The notes under the pieces are model-generated. The model saw only the letters and a list, made by a program, of their open reading frames with translations. It had not been told where the DNA came from and searched no databases. Positions 33,675 through 43,044 of a DNA stretch of 44,973 nt are shown here, one piece after another; within the stretch, counting starts at the first letter, position 1; each line of letters starts with the position of its first letter. The position numbers were made by a program, and so were the translations under genes. This DNA comes from Planctomycetota bacterium (GTDB taxonomy: Bacteria; Planctomycetota; MHYJ01; WSZJ01), in NCBI GenBank assembly GCA_038060895.1, contig JBBTCT010000014.1, positions 92,649 through 137,621 on the forward strand, read 5' to 3'.

Positions 33675-36515
33675 CTACTTCTTCACGATGATCGTCTTGG
33701 GCCCTTCGACGTGCCGGCCCTGCTTCTCCCCGAACCACACGGCGAAGGCGCGGATGTCCGCCTCCCGCGTCGCCCTCGCGCAAAGCGCGTCGGCCGCGGC
33801 GCCGTCTCTCCGGGCCGCGAAGGCCAGGGAGCCCGCGAGAAGGAGACTGCCGCGGGATTCGCGCGGCTGTTCCTCGCACCACGCCTCGTAAGTCGACGCC
33901 AGCGCGCGGCCCGTGAGCGCGGCGACCGGCGTTTTCCACTCGGCGGCGTCTTTCGCGCGCTGGCTGATCGAGGACTCCATCGCCGACTTCTCGTGCCCTC
34001 CGGCAAGTGAGACGGATTCGAGGAGGATGCCGAGGAAGTGCTGCGGCGTGCGACCGTCGGCGTAGAGCGCCGACTGCGCCTGGAGGAATTGCGCCGCCTC
34101 AGGCCACTTGCCCTGCGCGCACGACGCCAGCGCGCGCCAGTTTCGCGCCCAGAGCCCCGCGGAGGACGGGTGCGTGACGGAGGCGTGCGTGGAGGAGAGG
34201 CGCTTCTCCGCTTCGCCGATCTGCCCTTCGGAGAGGAATGACTCGATCGTCCAGAGAAGGAGCCGCGCGCGGTCCCGGCGCGTGATCTGGTCCTTCAGGT
34301 CGAGCGATTTCTGCAGTTCCGTGCGGGAGAATTTCTGCTGCGCGGGATCCAGCCCGAGGTGGGCCAGGTAGGAGTGCAGCTCCATCCGCGCTCCCAGCTG
34401 CGTCGGGTGCGACTGCAGGAGCGCGAGCGCTTCAGCCCGGGCCTGCGCAGGCCCCCCTTTCGCCGCCGCGATCCGCATCAGGCGCCCGCAGATTTCCGAG
34501 GTCTCGTGCGGCTCGAGGCGCGCGCCGCGCAGGAGCTGGACGGCGATGGAGGAAGCGAGCGCGTGTGCGTCCTTCTCGGCGACGGCGAGGACCTCATGAA
34601 GCGTCGTCCAGACCGGGACGCGCAGGGGGTCGCCACGGCGGCGGTCGAGTTCCTGCGTCAACACGGCCCAGGCGTCCTGGATCTTGTGCGTGGCGAGGGC
34701 GATCTTCGCGCGACCCACCGCTTCCAGCGCCTGGTGGCTGGTGTCCTTGAGCGCAGCGAAATCGGCGGCGGCCTTGCCGGTCTGGCCGAGGAGAAGCGCG
34801 CAGAGGGCGGCCTTGAAGCGCGCGAGATAGCCTTCCGAGCGGTCGGCGTGCGAGGTCGCGAGCTCGAGGTAAAGGACCCTGGCTTCTTCGAGGCGTTCGA
34901 GGGCCATGAGCTGGTCGGGGACTTCCGAGAAATCGACGCGCAGGGGGACTCCCTTGTTTTCGACCCGGAGTCCCGACAGGCGCAGGCCCAGGCTCTGCGA
35001 TTCGAAGCCGACGTGCGGGCCGCGCGGCGGGAAGACGTCGCGGAAGTCGAGGACGCGGCGGCCGTCGATCTCCAGGGACAGCGCGTCGGCCTCACGGGTG
35101 ACCAGGATTTCGTGAGGCTGGCGTGACGCGATCTCGAGGTCGGAGGCGCGGGAGACGAGGACGTTTTCGCGGAGGAGCTCGGCGCGCGCGTCTTCGCCGC
35201 CGAAGAGCCGGAGGAGGTAGCCGTCGGGGCCGAACTCGTCGCGGGGGCCGATCGAGATGTCGAGGCGCCACGAGGGCTTTCCCGCAGGCCCGACGACCTT
35301 TGCGTGCAGGCGCAGGTCGCCCGGCAGGCGCGCCTTGGAGAGAAGCCGCGCACGGGGTCCTTCCGCGCAAACCAGGCTCCCCGCGTCCATGGCCCAGCGC
35401 CCGAGGGATGTCTGCCATCCTTCCTGGCGCGCCGACCACGGCACGTCGCCGTTCAGGTACGCGCGGATTTCTTCGGCCAGCTCCCCGGCGTGCGCGTGGC
35501 GCTTGTCGGGCTGAAGCGCCAGCGCTCGCGTGGCGATCTGGCAGAGCACGCGCGGAGCGTCCTGCCCGAGCGGCCGTTTTTCGGGAGGGATGATCGGCCC
35601 CTTGATCGTGCGGGCCATGAGTTCGTCGGGGCGGCCGTCGACCGGGAGGCGCATCGTGAGGATCTGGTAGAGGATCGCTCCCAGCGCGTAGACATCCGAG
35701 GGCGGCCGCGCCTGCGCCGCGTGCCCGCCCGCCTGCTCCGGGGACATGTACCCCGGCGTTCCCAGCACCGCGCCGTCGCGCGACAGTCCCGGGTCGTCGG
35801 CAAGCTGAAGCCCGAGTTCCGACGCGACGGGCTCCGCAACTTCAAGCCGCTCCCCGCCTTCGTCCGCGATCCGCGACAGCCCCCAGTCCATCACCAGCAC
35901 TTCGCCGAATTCCCCCAGCATCACGTTCGCGGGCTTGAGGTCGCGGTGGACGATCCTCAAGTGGTGCGCGAACGACATCGCTTCGCAGATCCGCAGGAAA
36001 ATCTCCAGAAGCGCCGGCCTCGAGTAGCGCTTCACGTCCGCGGCCACGCCGTCGCGCACGCCGGTCAGCACGTCCGCCAGTGACCGTCCCGTGACGTACT
36101 TCATCGTGTAATACAACCCCATCCCCTGGTCGTTCCCGACGCGGTAAATCGGCACGATCCCCGGGTGCGTCAGCTTCGCCGAGACCGCCGCTTCCTCGAG
36201 GATTTTGCGGGCGACGCCGGAGGCGCGGAGCTCGGGGCGCAGGAGTTTCAACGCGACCTGGCGGCCGAGCACGGGTTCGCGCACGAGGTAAACGTCGCCC
36301 ATGCCCCCGGTGCCGAGGAGTTTTTCAACCGTGTGGTCGCCGATGGAGGCGGGAAGGAGGCGCTCGGCGGGTTTGGAGGCGGGACGGCCGCCGTCGGACT
36401 GGGGCACGGGGGAGACGACCGGAATGGCAGGCGCGCAGGCGGGGCAGAACCGGGAGTTGCTCCCGATGGGAACGAACTGGCCGCAGTTGGTGCATTTCCG
36501 GATGAGACCCGCCAT
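33675..36515 (-). CDS. Ser/Thr protein kinase with N-terminal zinc ribbon, central beta-rich domain and TPR-like C-terminus (chlamydial PknD-like)
   Basis: CTNC...CPAC; GTGGMGDVY, VALK, YYTMKYV, HRDLKPAN, DWG, GTPGYMSPEQ; start re-called at ATG 36515. Confidence 0.9.
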   Translation of the reverse strand: MAGLIRKCTNCGQFVPIGSNSRFCPACAPAIPVVSPVPQSDGGRPASKPAERLLPASIGDHTVEKLLGTGGMGDVYLVREPVLGRQVALKLLRPELRASGVARKILEEAAVSAKLTHPGIVPIYRVGNDQGMGLYYTMKYVTGRSLADVLTGVRDGVAADVKRYSRPALLEIFLRICEAMSFAHHLRIVHRDLKPANVMLGEFGEVLVMDWGLSRIADEGGERLEVAEPVASELGLQLADDPGLSRDGAVLGTPGYMSPEQAGGHAAQARPPSDVYALGAILYQILTMRLPVDGRPDELMARTIKGPIIPPEKRPLGQDAPRVLCQIATRALALQPDKRHAHAGELAEEIRAYLNGDVPWSARQEGWQTSLGRWAMDAGSLVCAEGPRARLLSKARLPGDLRLHAKVVGPAGKPSWRLDISIGPRDEFGPDGYLLRLFGGEDARAELLRENVLVSRASDLEIASRQPHEILVTREADALSLEIDGRRVLDFRDVFPPRGPHVGFESQSLGLRLSGLRVENKGVPLRVDFSEVPDQLMALERLEEARVLYLELATSHADRSEGYLARFKAALCALLLGQTGKAAADFAALKDTSHQALEAVGRAKIALATHKIQDAWAVLTQELDRRRGDPLRVPVWTTLHEVLAVAEKDAHALASSIAVQLLRGARLEPHETSEICGRLMRIAAAKGGPAQARAEALALLQSHPTQLGARMELHSYLAHLGLDPAQQKFSRTELQKSLDLKDQITRRDRARLLLWTIESFLSEGQIGEAEKRLSSTHASVTHPSSAGLWARNWRALASCAQGKWPEAAQFLQAQSALYADGRTPQHFLGILLESVSLAGGHEKSAMESSISQRAKDAAEWKTPVAALTGRALASTYEAWCEEQPRESRGSLLLAGSLAFAARRDGAAADALCARATREADIRAFAVWFGEKQGRHVEGPKTIIVKK

Positions 36516-36559
36516 GCGCGGAAGTGTAGCGGGAGGCTGCCGGGAGCGAGAGAGCGTTG

Positions 36560-37444
36560 TTAGACGGAGATATCCAATCTCTCTCTCACGACATGCTTCC
36601 CCTTTTCGTCCAGCGCGATCCTCGCGGCGGCGGTGCGGGGGTCGTGCTCCGAGAAGAGGATCCAGTTCTCCTTCACGGCGCGATCGAGGATGTCCTTCTT
36701 TTCCTTCATGGAGAGCAGGGCGTTCAGGTCGTAGCCCATCACCCATGGAACCGGGAGGTGGTTCAGGGTGGGGACCAGGTCGGCGCAGTAGAAGAGCTTT
36801 CCTTCGGGGCCCTCGATGAGAGGGAGTTGCTGCCCGAAGGTGTGTCCGTCGCAGCAGACGAGTTTCAGCCCCGGCAGGATTTCGGCCGGGCCGTCGACAA
36901 GCTCGAGCCCCGGCGCGTCCGCAACGGGGTTGACGTGCTCGGGAAGGTAGCTCGCGCGTTCGCGCTCGTGCGGGCTGCGCGCCCAGGCGAGATTGGATTT
37001 CTGCAGCCAGTGCTTCGCCTTCGGGAAAACTAGCGACAGACCGCCCGCCGGGTCGGCTTTCGAGAGGCCGCCGGCATGGTCGAAGTGCAGGTGAGTGAGG
37101 AGGAGGTCGGTGACGCCGGCCGGGGTCAGTCCGTGCGCCGCGAGACCGCGCTCAAGAGACGCCGTGGCGTAGTCGATCCCGTAGATGTCGAGCATCTTCG
37201 GCGACCACTTCCCGCCCGCACCGCAATCCACGAGCACCGTCCGGCCGTGCCCGCGCAGGAGCATCGCGCGCATCCCGAGCTCGATCCGGTTTTTCGCGTC
37301 CGGGGCCGTCAGCTTCGACCACATGGTCCAGGGCACGACGCCGAACATCGCCCCGCCGTCGAGCCAGAAGCGCCCCGTCTCGACGGAGTCGATCCGCCAG
37401 CCGCCGATCGAGAGGCCCTTCGGCTCGCTCAGGGCTGGGCTCAT
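36560..37444 (-). CDS. metallo-beta-lactamase-fold hydrolase (YtnP-like)
   Basis: FWLDGGAMFGVVP, THLHFDHAGG, GHTFGQQ, ADLVPT, MGYD, EHDP; ATG 37444 overlaps the queD stop. Confidence 0.92.
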   Translation of the reverse strand: MSPALSEPKGLSIGGWRIDSVETGRFWLDGGAMFGVVPWTMWSKLTAPDAKNRIELGMRAMLLRGHGRTVLVDCGAGGKWSPKMLDIYGIDYATASLERGLAAHGLTPAGVTDLLLTHLHFDHAGGLSKADPAGGLSLVFPKAKHWLQKSNLAWARSPHERERASYLPEHVNPVADAPGLELVDGPAEILPGLKLVCCDGHTFGQQLPLIEGPEGKLFYCADLVPTLNHLPVPWVMGYDLNALLSMKEKKDILDRAVKENWILFSEHDPRTAAARIALDEKGKHVVRERLDISV

Positions 37445-37803
37445 TCTCCGCGGTACTCGCAACGGTTCGTGCAGGTCTCGCGCACGGTCACGCACACGAG
37501 CCCCGCGAGCTTCGGCTTCACGCGGTCCCAGATCCACTTCGCAATCATCTCGCTCGTCGGGTTCTCCAGCCCTTCGACCTCGTTGAGTGTGCGGTGATCG
37601 AGCTGCTCGCGAAGCGGCTCGATGACCGCCTTGACGTCGGCGTAATCGACGTACCACCCGAGCTTCGGGTCCACCGCGCCACGCACATGGATCTCCGCCC
37701 GGAACGAGTGCCCGTGCATCCGGCGGCACTTGTGGCCGGGGGGGACGTTGGGAAGCGCGTGGGCGCTTTCAAACCCGAATTCCTGCACGAGGTTGACAAG
37801 CAT
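37441..37803 (-). CDS. queD: 6-carboxy-5,6,7,8-tetrahydropterin synthase
   Basis: FESAH.LP.VP.GHKC.RMHGHSF, LDHRTLNEVEGLENPTSE, V.ET. Confidence 0.95.
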   Translation of the reverse strand: MLVNLVQEFGFESAHALPNVPPGHKCRRMHGHSFRAEIHVRGAVDPKLGWYVDYADVKAVIEPLREQLDHRTLNEVEGLENPTSEMIAKWIWDRVKPKLAGLVCVTVRETCTNRCEYRGE

Positions 37804-37806
37804 CCG

Positions 37807-39339
37807 TTATTTGTCCCCCATCGCGGCGGGAAGAGCCCGCAATTTTTCGTCGAGCGGCCGGGCGTCGATGCCCTTGATCTGGAAGAGGCCGGGAAGCATC
37901 TCCGCAACGGCGGCGCGAGACCAGGGCGTCGGCTCGTAGTAGACCGCGTTGCCCAGAATGTAGGAGGTGGGCTTTTCCTGGGCGGTTTCGAGCGCGCGAA
38001 GAAAGAGCGCGCGCGAGTCCGCGGCGTCTACGGCCACCAGGCCGGCGGCGACGAGAGCGCTGGTGTACGCCGGCCCCAGGACTTTATCGACTCGCGCGGC
38101 CAGCAATTCGGCGACCGGCGGTTTCCCCCGCGACGTAAGTTCTGACACTCTTCGCAGCCAGCGGTATCCCCCCGAGATCGCCGTCCGGTCGGGCCGCCAG
38201 GTTCCCCCGGCGTATTCGACGCAGGTCCACCGCCGCGCGCTTGCCGAGACCGGGCGCGAGTGAAGGAAGACCGCGACGTGGTCTCGCGGCCCGGACATCC
38301 AGATTCGCTCCCGAGCCGTTCCTCCGGTCCCGATCGCATCCACTTCGACCGCGGCAGGGAAGGGGCCTTCGCAGACGACGTCGATGTCGATTTCCCACCC
38401 TTCCTCCACGCGACGCGCGGTCCAGGTCGCGGCCGCCTGGGACTCCTGCGAGCCGAGAAGCTCGCGGCGGAAGAAGCGGCCGATCTGTTCCTGGTACTCG
38501 CCGTCGCAGGAGCGCAAGGGTTCGGGGGCATGCCCGGTGTCGTCGAGCATCCAGAACTCGCGGCGCCCGGGCGTCCGCTCAAACAGCTCGCCTGCCCAGG
38601 CCGTGCACGTCAGTTCGTCGCAGTCGCCGTGGAGGAAGAGCACCGGCACGCCCTCTGCAATACGGGCAACGCTGTTCTCAGGGTCAGCGTCGCCCGGAAT
38701 GATGAGCGCACGCGTCAGGATGGCCAGCGGCGTCGCGATGACCGCAGGCATCACGAACGCCATGTAGTGCCTCATCGCCGGCGCCATGCGGAACGCCCCT
38801 TCGACGCACACCGCCTTCACGATCTCCGGCCTTGCGGCTGCGGAATGAAGCGCCACCGCCGACCCGAGCGACACCCCCCAGACGCCGACGCGCCCGGATT
38901 TTCCAGCCGCCCACGCAACAGCCGCTTCTCCGTCCGGGCCGAATGCCGATATGGACGGCTCGCCGCCGTCGGGGCCAAATCCCTGGTATTCGGGCATGAG
39001 GACCGAGAATCCGGCGTTCCAGGCGATGCGCGCGTAGGCAAGATGGTGCGAGCGGTTTCCGGAATTGCCGCCGAAGAGCACGACGGCCGCGTCGCTGCCC
39101 GGGTTCGGGATCCACCAGCCGCGCGTCACGCCGCCGTCTCCGCGCGGCATCCGCACTTCCTCGAACGCCGCACCGAAATCCGCGGGAGAGCCGATCAGCT
39201 CGACCCGGGGGTGTATGAAGAGATTTCCAGGCGAGCCGCAACCGGACAGGGCCAGCGCTACCCACGAAAGCGCCGCGCACCTGGGCCACCGCGAAGCCGC
39301 GCTGGGTCGTCCTGGAGTCAGACGCCGCGCCGTGCGCAT
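37807..39339 (-). CDS. alpha/beta-fold hydrolase, probable lipoprotein, with C-terminal extension
   Basis: LALSGC lipobox, GWWIP, GVSLG nucleophile elbow, LFLHGDCD, TGH; start re-called at ATG 39339. Confidence 0.8.
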   Translation of the reverse strand: MRTARRLTPGRPSAASRWPRCAALSWVALALSGCGSPGNLFIHPRVELIGSPADFGAAFEEVRMPRGDGGVTRGWWIPNPGSDAAVVLFGGNSGNRSHHLAYARIAWNAGFSVLMPEYQGFGPDGGEPSISAFGPDGEAAVAWAAGKSGRVGVWGVSLGSAVALHSAAARPEIVKAVCVEGAFRMAPAMRHYMAFVMPAVIATPLAILTRALIIPGDADPENSVARIAEGVPVLFLHGDCDELTCTAWAGELFERTPGRREFWMLDDTGHAPEPLRSCDGEYQEQIGRFFRRELLGSQESQAAATWTARRVEEGWEIDIDVVCEGPFPAAVEVDAIGTGGTARERIWMSGPRDHVAVFLHSRPVSASARRWTCVEYAGGTWRPDRTAISGGYRWLRRVSELTSRGKPPVAELLAARVDKVLGPAYTSALVAAGLVAVDAADSRALFLRALETAQEKPTSYILGNAVYYEPTPWSRAAVAEMLPGLFQIKGIDARPLDEKLRALPAAMGDK

Positions 39340-39355
39340 CCCCTGACACCTCACC

Positions 39356-39610
39356 TTAAGCCTTCTTGCACCAGCCCTCGGTATGGGACGAGACGGCCGC
39401 GAGGTACAGCTGCCGCGCTTCTTCGATGTCCTCGAAGTACCCCTTGGGGAATGCAATCCCCATCTGCATCCCGCACGCGTCGCAGGTGAACAGCACCTCG
39501 ACCCCCTCCATCGCCTGCGAAATGCAATCGTCACACAGCCGCACATCGCCGCTGGCTTCGCCGGCGATTTCCTTCACTTCTTCGCAGGACGTGCACTTGG
39601 TCTCCACCAC
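39356..39610 (-). CDS. small acidic Cys-rich (zinc-binding) hypothetical protein
   Basis: CTSC, CDDC, CDAC and H-x4-C in 84 aa; GGGGGAG SD and TATAGT -10 (39685-39690) upstream. Confidence 0.7.
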   Translation of the reverse strand: MVETKCTSCEEVKEIAGEASGDVRLCDDCISQAMEGVEVLFTCDACGMQMGIAFPKGYFEDIEEARQLYLAAVSSHTEGWCKKA

Positions 39611-39796
39611 AACTCCCCCAGTTCACTAGGCCCGAGGCATGACTTCCTTCGCGGGAAGAATCTCCCCGCAGGAAAGGGAGTGAGACTATAGGTTGGGGGC
39701 TGGAATGTGAGAAGAGCTTTCGGACATGAAATGGTCTCGGTTCGTTTCAGGAGGATTCCGGCGATGGGTGAAGTGCAGAAGGGTGTGCCGCCGGGC

Positions 39797-41689
39797 CTAT
39801 CGCGTTGCGAGCCGCCGCACGGTTTCCGTGATGATGTCGAACGGCTTCTCGACGCTGCAGCCGGCGTGCGTCTCCAGGAATTCCTGCGACTCCGGGGTGA
39901 AGGCGCCTCCCGTCATGAAAACCAGCCGGCGCGCGGTTGCAGGCGCACGCTTCTCGAGTTCCGCCGCCAGCGCCATTCCCGTCATGCCGCCCATCATGAG
40001 GTCGCAGTAGACGAGGTCGAAATCGCAGGAGGCGACGAGCGACTCCAGGGCGGATGCGCTGTCGCTGACGTGCTCGGCCGTGAATCCTTCCTGGCGGAGC
40101 AGCAGCGCCAGCGCCTCGGAGACCAGCTGATCGTCGTCGATGATGAGGACCCGACCGGACCGGGGCGAGGGCGGATTCGCCAAAGCGCCCGCCGTTGCCG
40201 TTGCAGGTGGGACCGTGAAGGGGGCGAGAGGGAGGCGGATCCGGAAGCGGGCGCCGCCGCCGGGACGTTCGGCAGCCTGGATGTCGCCGCCGGCAGCCCG
40301 CACGATGTTGCGGCTGACGAACAGTCCGAGTCCGGTTCCCTTGCCGATTCCCTTGGTCGAATAAAACGCGTCGAAAACCCGGTCGCGGTCGGCGGGGTCC
40401 ACACCGCGGCCGTTGTCCGAGATTTCTATGACGGCCTCGCCGTTGTCGGCAAAGGTCCGGATGTCGATCCGCCGCTCCACGAGAGGTTTTTCCTCCACGG
40501 CATGGAGCGCGTTGACAACCAGGTTGAGGACGGCCTGCACGAGGCGCGATTCGCTGGCGAGCACCGGCGGCGGCTCGCGGAGATCGATCGTCGCCAGGGC
40601 CTGGGCGTCAAGGGTCTTGCCGACGAGTTTCAGAACTGACCGCACGACGTCACCGACGCGCTCCGGGCCCGGCGCGCGGTCGTCGGGCCGGCTGAAGCTG
40701 CGCAACTCGCCGGTGATGCCCGCCATCCGCTCGGCTCCGCGGCGTATGGTTTCCAGGTGCCCTCTCAGCAGCTCCACCGCTTCCTTCTTCTCCGGGCTCC
40801 CGGCGGCCAGCGCCTCTTCCAGCTGCTTCAGCGCTTCCCCCGCCTGTGCCACATGCCCGAGCACATAGGTCAGCGGATTGTTGATCTCGTGCGCGACGCT
40901 GGCCGCCAGCGTGCCGAGCGCGTTCACACGGTCGTTCTGAAGGGTCTTTGCCTGCAGCTTGCGGATTTCGCTGACGTCGTTGGAGAGGCCTGCGATTCCT
41001 GTGACGGCGCCCTGTGAGTCATGCAGAGGCGTGAGCCAGGTGTCGTAGATCGCCTCTCCGATTTCCGTGGTGTACGGGAACGCCTCGCCGGCCAGGGCGC
41101 GACGCAGGTCTCCCGGGATGGTCGGGTGGTCCTTGTAGAGCTCAAACAGGTTCTGCCCGACGAGCTGGCCTGAAACGACGCCCAGGGATTTCAACCCCGC
41201 GCCCTCGGAGAGCGTCACAACGCCGTTGCGGTCCGCGGTCCAGATCACGATAGGCGCGTGGTTGATCGCCAGCGCGAGCCGGCGTTCGACCGTGTTCCGC
41301 TCCGTCTCGAACGTGACTTCCCGCGTAATGTCGAGAAACGCGACGATGATCCGGACCAGTGCGCCCTTCTCGTCCGTCACCGGGGTCCCGAAGGCCCGGA
41401 TGTTCACTCTTCGCCCGTCCGGCCGGTGAATCACGATGTCGTCTACCGTGACGGGGCGCCCTGTCGCCAGGACCTGCGAAAAGGGAAGCCGCTCGACGGG
41501 GAAGGCCCTTCCGGCCCGGTCGTGCACGGAATAGGTCGCGGGGACGTCCCCGATCACGCTTCCGGGAGACATCGGAATGCCGAGGATCTCGACGAAAGCG
41601 TGGTTTGCGTACTCGGCCTTACCGTCCGGGACGCGTCCGACCCAGACACCCACGGGGAGGTCGTCGAGGATCCGCTGGAAGTTGCTCAT
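39797..41689 (-). CDS. cytoplasmic hybrid sensor histidine kinase (PAS-PAS-HisKA-HATPase-REC)
   Basis: VAHEINNPL, NLVVNA, DNGRG, FYSTK..GKGTGLGL, receiver LIIDDD...YCDLMM...FMTG...EKPF. Confidence 0.93.
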   Translation of the reverse strand: MSNFQRILDDLPVGVWVGRVPDGKAEYANHAFVEILGIPMSPGSVIGDVPATYSVHDRAGRAFPVERLPFSQVLATGRPVTVDDIVIHRPDGRRVNIRAFGTPVTDEKGALVRIIVAFLDITREVTFETERNTVERRLALAINHAPIVIWTADRNGVVTLSEGAGLKSLGVVSGQLVGQNLFELYKDHPTIPGDLRRALAGEAFPYTTEIGEAIYDTWLTPLHDSQGAVTGIAGLSNDVSEIRKLQAKTLQNDRVNALGTLAASVAHEINNPLTYVLGHVAQAGEALKQLEEALAAGSPEKKEAVELLRGHLETIRRGAERMAGITGELRSFSRPDDRAPGPERVGDVVRSVLKLVGKTLDAQALATIDLREPPPVLASESRLVQAVLNLVVNALHAVEEKPLVERRIDIRTFADNGEAVIEISDNGRGVDPADRDRVFDAFYSTKGIGKGTGLGLFVSRNIVRAAGGDIQAAERPGGGARFRIRLPLAPFTVPPATATAGALANPPSPRSGRVLIIDDDQLVSEALALLLRQEGFTAEHVSDSASALESLVASCDFDLVYCDLMMGGMTGMALAAELEKRAPATARRLVFMTGGAFTPESQEFLETHAGCSVEKPFDIITETVRRLATR

Positions 41690-41725
41690 CGCGGGGGAGA
41701 GGGTAACGGCACGCCGATCCGGAAC

Positions 41726-42280
41726 TCAAGGAGTCGATCGCGCGCCCGACACTTTCATCGCGGCGGCCAGCTTCCCTGCGGCCGACATCGCGAACCCGCC
41801 GCGCCGGGCGTCCTCCGCACGGGGAGAGCGGCTCAGGAACTCGACGACGCCGCGCGTCTGCGGGCCTTCCACGACCGGCACGAAGACGCCGCCTCGCAGC
41901 CCCGCCGCCCGCGCGCCTTCCAGGCGCCGGAACACCGGCTCCGACGCGAAGTCGAGGCAAATGACCGGCCGCCTGTTCAGGAACGCCCCCCACAGCAGCC
42001 CGATCCCGTACTTCGTCTCGCTCGCCACGCTCGTTTCCCGGTACGCGTGCATCTTCGGGTCCGCCATCCAGAACGGCCCGGGGTCCAGCCGCTGTTCCCC
42101 CGCATCCGGGATCCACGACTGCCCGAAATCCCACTTCCCGTACCGGCAGATCTCCCGCAGCCCCGTCGCAATCGACAGCTCCGGCGATCCCGCTTCCGCC
42201 ACCGCTTTCGACAGGGTGTCGAGGAAGCGGTAATCGTTTTCGCTGAAGACGAAGTCGAAAAAGTGGGATTCGGGGGGCAT
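41726..42280 (-). CDS. stand-alone GAF-domain protein
   Basis: LREIC....WDFGQSWIPD, GIGL.W, F.R...A..AGLRGGVFVPV......GVVEF; start re-called at ATG 42280. Confidence 0.75.
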   Translation of the reverse strand: MPPESHFFDFVFSENDYRFLDTLSKAVAEAGSPELSIATGLREICRYGKWDFGQSWIPDAGEQRLDPGPFWMADPKMHAYRETSVASETKYGIGLLWGAFLNRRPVICLDFASEPVFRRLEGARAAGLRGGVFVPVVEGPQTRGVVEFLSRSPRAEDARRGGFAMSAAGKLAAAMKVSGARSTP

Positions 42281-42366
42281 GGCGGTTCGGTGCATGATAC
42301 GCCAGAATGGAGACAAGATTCCGCATCGGCATTCTCGAAGCGGCCCCGGCACGATACCATCATGGC

Positions 42367-43044
42367 ATGAAGACCAAGGAGAGCCCTCCCACGCGGAATC
42401 CCCCGCACATGTCCTGGTTCACGCTGGGCACCTACCTGCTCGCGTTCTGCGGCAAGGGCGGTGACCAGGGCGTGTACCGTCTCCTGCGGAACAAGCCGGG
42501 CGCGAAGTGGGAATACTGCCCGCCGATGACGCGCGAATGGGACATCTATCACCAGGCTGCCTTTCGCGGAAGCAAGGCGGACGCCGCCAATCCCAGCCGC
42601 CTTGAGAACATCCCCGTCCTGCCGAGCACGTTTCCACCTCCTCATCGCATCTGGGTGGACCATCCCCCGCGCGTGGAAACTCCACGGTCGAGCGGCGAAT
42701 CCTGGCGCGAGGTCATCGAGGCCGGCGGCGAACTGCAGGTGTGGATCGTGCTGGAAGAGGACACCTACGAGACTCACCACGGCGACGGCTGCTTCCGCGA
42801 ATTCAGCGGCGCATTCCGGACCGCAGCGGACGCAAAGAAGGCCGCCTCGCGATCGGCTCTTCACCCTCACATCCGCAAGGCGCGCCTCGTCGTGAAAGCG
42901 GACCAGCTGTCCCTGGTCATCGACTCGGCGGAAAGCACGCACTTCGACCACGTCACGCTGAAGCAGGTCTGCGATGCGCTCGAGGGATCGGTGGCGGGAG
43001 CCTCGTTGAGAAAGAAGTCGGGGCGCAAGAAAGTGTCTCGCTAG
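42367..43044 (+). CDS. hypothetical protein
   Basis: Long ORF with GC3-biased codons; TACCAT -10 six nt before ATG 42367; no family recognised. Confidence 0.6.
   Translation: MKTKESPPTRNPPHMSWFTLGTYLLAFCGKGGDQGVYRLLRNKPGAKWEYCPPMTREWDIYHQAAFRGSKADAANPSRLENIPVLPSTFPPPHRIWVDHPPRVETPRSSGESWREVIEAGGELQVWIVLEEDTYETHHGDGCFREFSGAFRTAADAKKAASRSALHPHIRKARLVVKADQLSLVIDSAESTHFDHVTLKQVCDALEGSVAGASLRKKSGRKKVSR

Noticed and set aside
36516-36746. ORF-track N-terminal extensions of the kinase at 36746, and likewise those at 37729, 39546, 16320, 19244, 12428 and 8556
   Set aside because: Most overlap neighbouring real genes or read as low-complexity shadow sequence; downstream starts have coupling, SD, signal-peptide or -10 support
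37441-37803. Deazaguanine DNA-modification (dpd) island suggested by queD
   Set aside because: No queC, queE, folE, dpdA/tgt or dnd-like genes in the window; the context looks housekeeping
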